Shown in pieces: positions 56,270 to 64,000 of a stretch of DNA of 64,000 bases. Every line of letters starts with the position of its first letter. The stretch's first letter is position 1. A model generated the notes under the pieces. The model was not told the origin of the DNA and did no database searches. It saw only the letters and a program-made list of their open reading frames with translations. Source of the stretch: Eledone cirrhosa (lineage: Eukaryota); contig OZ024741.1 of assembly GCA_964016885.1 (NCBI GenBank), positions 289,664,001 through 289,728,000 of the forward strand, given 5' to 3'. The position numbers were made by a program, and so were the translations under genes.

Positions 56270-58219
56270 GTGAAGATTTGGTTCCAGAACCGCCGAACGA
56301 AATGGAAGAAGCAGGAAAATATTTCAAATGCTGAGGCAGCAGAACATAAGAATGCTTTGGTGCGTGAGAATCAGCGAGAATGTGGCGGTAATAGCAGCGG
56401 TAGTGGTGGCAACAGCAGTGGTAGTGGCAGTGGTGGTGGTGGTGGTAGTGGTGGTGGAAGCAGCAGCGGTGCTGGTGGTAACGGATGTACAAGTGGGCGT
56501 AGTGCAGGTAGTAGTAGTGGGGGTGGGGGTGGTGCTAACGGAAGTGGGCAGATGAACAGCTCTAATAATCCAAACCATCATCCGCAACAACAACAGCAGC
56601 ACCACCACGCTCATCACCATCACAACAACAACAGCAACGGTAGCAGCAACAACAACAACAACAACAACAACATCAATAACAGCAACAGCAGTAACAGCAG
56701 TAACAACAATAACAGTAACAATAACAACAGTGGCAACACGAACACTAATAACAACCACAGCAACCACCATAGCAACAACAGCAGCGCCGGAAATCGCAGC
56801 AGAACCAATAGTCCAAATCACATGATCGGCAATGGAGGGGGTGGTACGGGTGTATATTCGTCTTTACAACCATCCCCGCCACCCCATCCTCCATCAGGGA
56901 TTATGCACCAGGCACAACAGCAATACCATCACAAACAACAGCAGCTGTCATCGTCATCGTCATCGCTATCTTCTTCCTCTTCAACTTCATCAGCCATTTT
57001 GGGATCGTCATCGGCACCCCTACCACCACCTACGATCACTGGGCCAAGTATTTCTTCACGTCACCCTCCTCCTCCACCACCATCAATACCAACTATTCCT
57101 CCCCCTCCTGGTGTCACACCCATGCAATTTGCCCACTTGACATCGTCGAAGCATCATATGCAAAACCTCCAGACGCAGCAACATCACCACCACCAGCAAC
57201 AACAACAACAACATCTTCATCAGCAACAACAACATAAGTTATCGACACACCACCATCAACAACCACCACCGCCTCCCTCCCTACCACCACTTCCACCACC
57301 ATTGCCCCCTTCCCCACAACAGTCTCCGTCGCTCCTACCACCCTCCCACCAGCAACACCAACATCAACATCAACACCCGCAACATCATCACCAGCAACAA
57401 CAACAGTCGAGATCACCAATGCACCATTCTCCCATGTCACCGCAATCATCTCTATCACAACAACAACAACACTATCAACATCATCAACCACAACCACATC
57501 ATCTAAAGCAGCCCCGATCACCAGTCCTTCGTCGACGGTCAGTCTCACCCCCGCTGGACGTTGTCCACACACTGTCAGCGCCATCAACACCTAATCCAAT
57601 TATAACGCAAGAAGGAGAAGGAGAAGGAGAAGGAGAAGGAGAAAAAAAAGAGAGAGAAGGACTTGAAGGTCAAGAACAACAAGATCAACGAATCCATGAT
57701 CACCAACAACAGAAGCAACAACCACCTCTTCATCAAGAAAGAGAAGGAGAAAGAGTAGGGAAAGAATGTGGTGAGAAAGAAGAGGAAGGTGACGTTGAAG
57801 ACGAAGAAGTAGATGTAGAAGGACAAACATCTCCTTCTCCCAATCCACAAAATCAGCAACAAGAACAAGAACAACAGCAATCGCAACCGCAATCACAACA
57901 ACAAAAACAAAAGCAACAACATTCTCCTCAAGCAAACCTGTCACATTCAACAGACATTATCAACAACAGGGTTTGTTGTAGTTCAGATTCGGGGGAAAAT
58001 AGCAGGTCTCCCACAAGATCTGACCGCCAACAGCTGTCTCCTGGTGAGGTGGTTGACTATCAGAATGTGTACAGCCCAGAGGGTAACTCCGTGCCCGTCG
58101 TGACGGACAGAACAAACACAGCGCGGCGTGACCGTTATTCCATCAACTTCCAGGAAGAAACTATGATGGAAAGACCTTGTCGAGGTGTTTCACATAGCGT
58201 TGATCATCACAGTGGATGA
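56270..58219 (+). CDS. NK7: NK7-family homeobox gene, terminal coding exon (helix 3 plus a ~630-aa low-complexity C-terminus)
   Basis: Polypyrimidine tract tttcatttctctcttctAG|GTG AAG ATT TGG. Encodes VKIWFQNRRTKWKKQE, which completes the homeodomain in phase 0 (Q44/V45 intron, Q50, T54). Open for 649 codons to TGA. Confidence 0.9.
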   Translation: MKIWFQNRRTKWKKQENISNAEAAEHKNALVRENQRECGGNSSGSGGNSSGSGSGGGGGSGGGSSSGAGGNGCTSGRSAGSSSGGGGGANGSGQMNSSNNPNHHPQQQQQHHHAHHHHNNNSNGSSNNNNNNNNINNSNSSNSSNNNNSNNNNSGNTNTNNNHSNHHSNNSSAGNRSRTNSPNHMIGNGGGGTGVYSSLQPSPPPHPPSGIMHQAQQQYHHKQQQLSSSSSSLSSSSSTSSAILGSSSAPLPPPTITGPSISSRHPPPPPPSIPTIPPPPGVTPMQFAHLTSSKHHMQNLQTQQHHHHQQQQQQHLHQQQQHKLSTHHHQQPPPPPSLPPLPPPLPPSPQQSPSLLPPSHQQHQHQHQHPQHHHQQQQQSRSPMHHSPMSPQSSLSQQQQHYQHHQPQPHHLKQPRSPVLRRRSVSPPLDVVHTLSAPSTPNPIITQEGEGEGEGEGEKKEREGLEGQEQQDQRIHDHQQQKQQPPLHQEREGERVGKECGEKEEEGDVEDEEVDVEGQTSPSPNPQNQQQEQEQQQSQPQSQQQKQKQQHSPQANLSHSTDIINNRVCCSSDSGENSRSPTRSDRQQLSPGEVVDYQNVYSPEGNSVPVVTDRTNTARRDRYSINFQEETMMERPCRGVSHSVDHHSG

Positions 58220-58240
58220 GGTATTAAAACATTATCGGCA

Positions 58241-58272
<32 letters not shown>

Positions 58273-58940
58273 CCGTTTATCTCCTTCAAAAAGGCTTTTA
58301 TGTCTTCATGATAAAAAGAAGACATAAGATATGTAGATAAAAATATCAAAGCAAATATATTCCAGAAAAGAAAGTTGAGACTAAATTGATATAAAAAACA
58401 GTAACAAACAAAATAATTAGTACAACTACTAATGATAATTATTGTTATGATTAATATTATTGTTGGGACAAATAATGTTGAGACTATATATAAACACACA
58501 CAAAAATGTACGTACACATATATGTAAAATAACAAAACAAACAACAATAATAATCACCATTTTACATTAAAAGGTGAGTCTACACATACAGGAAGGTGAG
58601 AAGGGAGAAAATGTTTTTAACAGGAGGTTCTTGCCAGGACTATTGATACATGCAAATACATATGAAGACCAAGTCTTCAGTGACGCAAGAAAAGTGTTAT
58701 ATGACAATAAAACTAATTATTAAAATGAAAACAATACTAACTATTATAACTAACAGAAATCATCATTATTACTTTAACAGAAAAAAACGGTTAATGACTG
58801 CTGCAAATATTTCCCATGTGTTTATGTGGTGCTTCATTATTATTATTGTTGTTTTTATATATATTTTTTTTCGTTAAATTTGATTGCTTGGTTTGGATTA
58901 TTCTTTGGACTGTCTATCTATCTATCTATCTATCTATCTA

Positions 58941-59025
<85 letters not shown>

Positions 59026-59605
59026 TTATATATGATGCATATACAAATATATATATAAATACACGCACACAATTACATACACGTACACACACACACACAT
59101 ATGTAAACGCTTATGTGAAAATAAGTAGTGTGAGGACATTTTTGAACTAACGTTTTTGAAAGACAAAAAAATCAAAAAAATATATACTTTTTTCTCTCTT
59201 CTCTTCTTCACCTCCATTTTTTGAGAGTGGGTCAGGAAGCGACGGTTACTCTCTTAAGCTTTTCCTTTCCCTTCAATTAGTAGTGACATTGTATAGAACT
59301 TTCAATGCATGATCATATAAAGAAGAAAAATAAAGCAAAAACAAAACTAAGGAATTAGGGCCCAAAAGGTAAAAAAAATAGCGGAAAAAATGACGTTCCC
59401 ATTATTTGTTATATTTCAAACTCTTTTCAGCCACATGATATCGGGTGGAATTCTAGCATTCTGTCTTGAAACACACAGACTCACACATATATAAATCACT
59501 CTCCTCCTTACTCTCTCTCTCTCTCTTTATACACACACACACACACACACATACATATATATGTATATATTTATATATATATATATATATGTATATGTAT
59601 ATATA

Positions 59606-59673
<68 letters not shown>

Positions 59674-59698
59674 ATATATATATGTATATATATATATG

Positions 59699-59737
<39 letters not shown>

Positions 59738-59779
59738 GTATACATATATATATATATATGTATATACATATATATATAC

Positions 59780-59825
<46 letters not shown>

Positions 59826-59900
59826 ATATATATATTATATATATATATGTATATATGTATATATATATATAATATATGTATATATATATATAATATATGT

Positions 59901-59932
<32 letters not shown>

Positions 59933-60540
59933 CATATATATACATATATATATATATATATTATATATATATATTATATTAGTATATATATTATATTAGT
60001 ATATATATTATATATATATATTATATATATATATATTATATTAGTATATATATTATATTAGTATATATATTATATATATATATTATATATATATATATTA
60101 TATTAGTATATATATTATATATATATATATATTATATATATATATATTATATATATATATATGTATATGCATATGTATATATAAACATATACAATACATA
60201 TATATATAGATATATACATATATATACACACACATATATATATATATGTAAACTCTGTTGAATGATGAGAAATATGACAGGAACAATACACAAGAAGTGT
60301 ATTGAGTTTCGCTCCGTGATGCGTAACATATGACAGATCCAAATATGGTTAAATGTGTAGAAGAGAGGAGTCCCTAAATCAACTCTAGCAAATGATATCT
60401 GTATTTTGAATGATGGTGATAATGGCGATGGTGATGGCCAAGACGATGAATTTCAAATGATTTGGGGCAATACATCAAGTCCCAGTAATATATAGAAACG
60501 TGCCATACCACAAAAAACACCTCTGCACACACATTTCAAG

Positions 60541-60574
<34 letters not shown>

Positions 60575-60581
60575 TATATAC

Positions 60582-60668
<87 letters not shown>

Positions 60669-60674
60669 TATACA

Positions 60675-60726
<52 letters not shown>

Positions 60727-60807
60727 CATATATATATATACATATATATATATACATATACATATATATATATATATACATATACATATACATATATATA
60801 TATATAT

Positions 60808-60866
<59 letters not shown>

Positions 60867-60939
60867 TATATACATACATATATATATATATATATACATA
60901 CATATATATATATATATATATACATACATATATATATAT

Positions 60940-61034
<95 letters not shown>

Positions 61035-61422
61035 TACATACGTAAATATATATATATATATATGTACATATATATATACAAGTGGGATTTAATGTTGACA
61101 CTGGTCCCGCAACAACAGTAAACATTATCCAAACTCAATGACCAGCATTAATTAAATATAAATAAATTAAAAGAGATATGAACAAACACAATGTAAGTGT
61201 CATCAACGTATCTCCTTCAAAATTATAATTGGGTGTTCAGTACTACATATGTATTTTTGAAAAAATATCAAAGAAAAACACTATTAATATTTTTATTCCT
61301 TCAGTTGCATGTTTTGTTTTTTTGTATATTACACTTAATTTGATCATGAAAAAGACAATGTATATACATGCACGTATACATAGATACATATAAATACATA
61401 TATATACATATATGCATATATT

Positions 61423-61475
<53 letters not shown>

Positions 61476-61570
61476 TATATATATATATATATATATGTGT
61501 ATATATACATAAATATATATATATATATATTATATATATATATATATATAATATACAATATACATATATT

Positions 61571-61623
<53 letters not shown>

Positions 61624-61894
61624 AACATACACACATACTTGTATGCAAATAATAACACGCATACAAATTACGTACTTATTTTTTCTGTTTATTCTATGTT
61701 TTTGCATGACAAAAATAAATAAATAAATAGATAAAAAAGATATTAAATTTGTTTGAAATTTTATTAATGTCGAAGAAGAAATATTTAAAGAAGAATTAGC
61801 GGAAGAAAGAAAAAAGAAGCAAGCTCAGAAAAAGGTTACATAGATTTGTAGAGCGAAATTGTATATATGTATGTGTGTGCGTTTTTATAGAATT

Positions 61895-61990
61895 GGATTC
61901 ACAATCGTTTAGGTTGTGAGATCGATTCTGAGACCGAGCAATGCACTATGTCCTTGAGTAAGACACTTTATTTCACGTTGCTCCTTCTAC
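61895..61990 (+). mobile_element. SINE fragment (second family)
   Basis: gatcgattc B-box-like motif followed by tgtccttgagtaagacactttatttcacgttgctcc. Confidence 0.55.
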
Positions 61991-62170
61991 CTGGATTTGC
62001 GACCGATTAGCAATTGGAAAGACTCATGGAAGCATTGTTTCCTCGGCGCGATTTGATGAGCTCCACCTCACTCGTTAAGTGAATGAGGTCTAGGATCTTG
62101 TCGATCGGATGTCTATATATCATCATCATCATTTTACGTCCGCTTTTCCCTGCTTGCAAGGGTGGAACTA

Positions 62171-62780
<610 letters not shown>

Positions 62781-62898
62781 ATGTATTGTGTGTTTTTCTA
62801 TATAGCGCTGGCCTTGGGTTCCCCTACTTGTTCTTTATCCTTGTTCTGGTGACCGAGCTCGATGGAGCCTGCAACCTTTGATATATTTTTGTTCATAA

Positions 62899-62943
62899 GC
62901 TCTGATGATTCCTGCCCTAGGGTATGGATGAAACACTGTTAGC
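62899..62943 (+). ncRNA. Type I hammerhead ribozyme motif (family E), followed by AATAAA, a short tail and (TA)n
   Basis: GCT-CTGATGA-tTCCTGCCCtaGGGTAtGGAt-GAAA-CAcTG-TT-AGC. Canonical core, paired stem II, minimal stem III and a GUU triplet. Confidence 0.7.
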
Positions 62944-62987
62944 AAATAAAACAATGTATTTCTAAGCACTCTTTGGTTATTCCTAAA

Positions 62988-63043
<56 letters not shown>

Positions 63044-63327
63044 ATATGTTGAAAAGGTAACACACTATAGAAAGACAGTGCACCATCAATAAAACAGGGA
63101 AAGCCACCAGTGTATGGAATATCTATAATCTATGGAAGGCAGGGTAGACACAATAATTCCTTTTTCCTTTGAGCACATTATTGACAGGGAATAACGAGAG
63201 TCTATGGCTCCGTTAATTTATCGTGATATATATATATATGTGTGTGTAAAAGGTTAATAGAAACAACAACACAATCGGTACAGTATATGGAATGTTAGGT
63301 TAATGCTTGATATAGCAGGAAGAGGGT

Positions 63328-63362
<35 letters not shown>

Positions 63363-64000
63363 TTCAACCAAATACAAGAAAACATGTATTTGATGGGCGT
63401 ATGTACCCATTCGCTCTTAGTATTATTCTGAAATAGACGTTATGATTTTCATATAATTAGCGCTCGTGTTAGCAATTAACGTGTGTTAGCAACCGAAATG
63501 TACGATAAAGTTATATTTGTATACATTCAGAGTGGGTAACCGAGACTGCACCAAAGTGTTTTTTAATATACTAATATTATTTCCTCGTTTCCTTTTTTTA
63601 ATGAACTATAATATTTGACTCAAGGTAACACTGGTACGAGAGGTAAACTCATAATCCTATGATATTGCAACAACATCCTTAAACACAATGAGGGCGTGCG
63701 TGCCATTGTGCCTACTTGCTTACCTACAGAACGCTCTGTAATATCTTGAATAATTTTTTTCATCAGCCTTCGTGAATTATTCTCTGTGTTGCTTTAAATG
63801 AATATTCGTCCTGACAAATTAAACAGTCATTTCATCTTCTTGGGCTTAAACTGCCCAACAAGTACCACAAGTATCATGTGTAGCAAGTAAATGAATTAAA
63901 TTATATAAAATGAGATAATTCGAGTGTATATACAAAAAAAACTACTCCCGGGTCTCCGGTGAGCTTCCCAATTCTTCAAATATATTTTACGTAATGAAAC

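Overview
Eukaryotic, very microsatellite-rich animal DNA. The repeat landscape and SINE types look like an octopus or other coleoid genome (inference). The only host gene I can support is the 3' part of an NK7-family homeobox gene on the + strand. It has two coding exons, 48799-49013 and 56270-58219, split by the classic Q44/V45 homeodomain intron. No 5' exon was found, so most of 1-48.8 kb is probably a large intron. Other content: a young, 5'-truncated Tx1/L1-clade LINE (19978-22779, - strand) with a 21-bp TSD and an empty paralogous target site beside it, many tRNA-derived SINE copies, and several large minisatellites. The most interesting signal is a set of about a dozen short elements from at least 5 families, nearly all sitting in (TA)n tracts. 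Most of them show a foldback inverted repeat and a type I hammerhead ribozyme motif (intact or decayed), and several carry an unpaired 3' tail with a conserved TTGAGTAC motif. This fits ribozyme-bearing Penelope-like (PLE) pLTR or retrozyme-type insertions, and their inversion breakpoints cluster on the ribozyme helices. Almost all ORFs in the supplied track are repeat artefacts.
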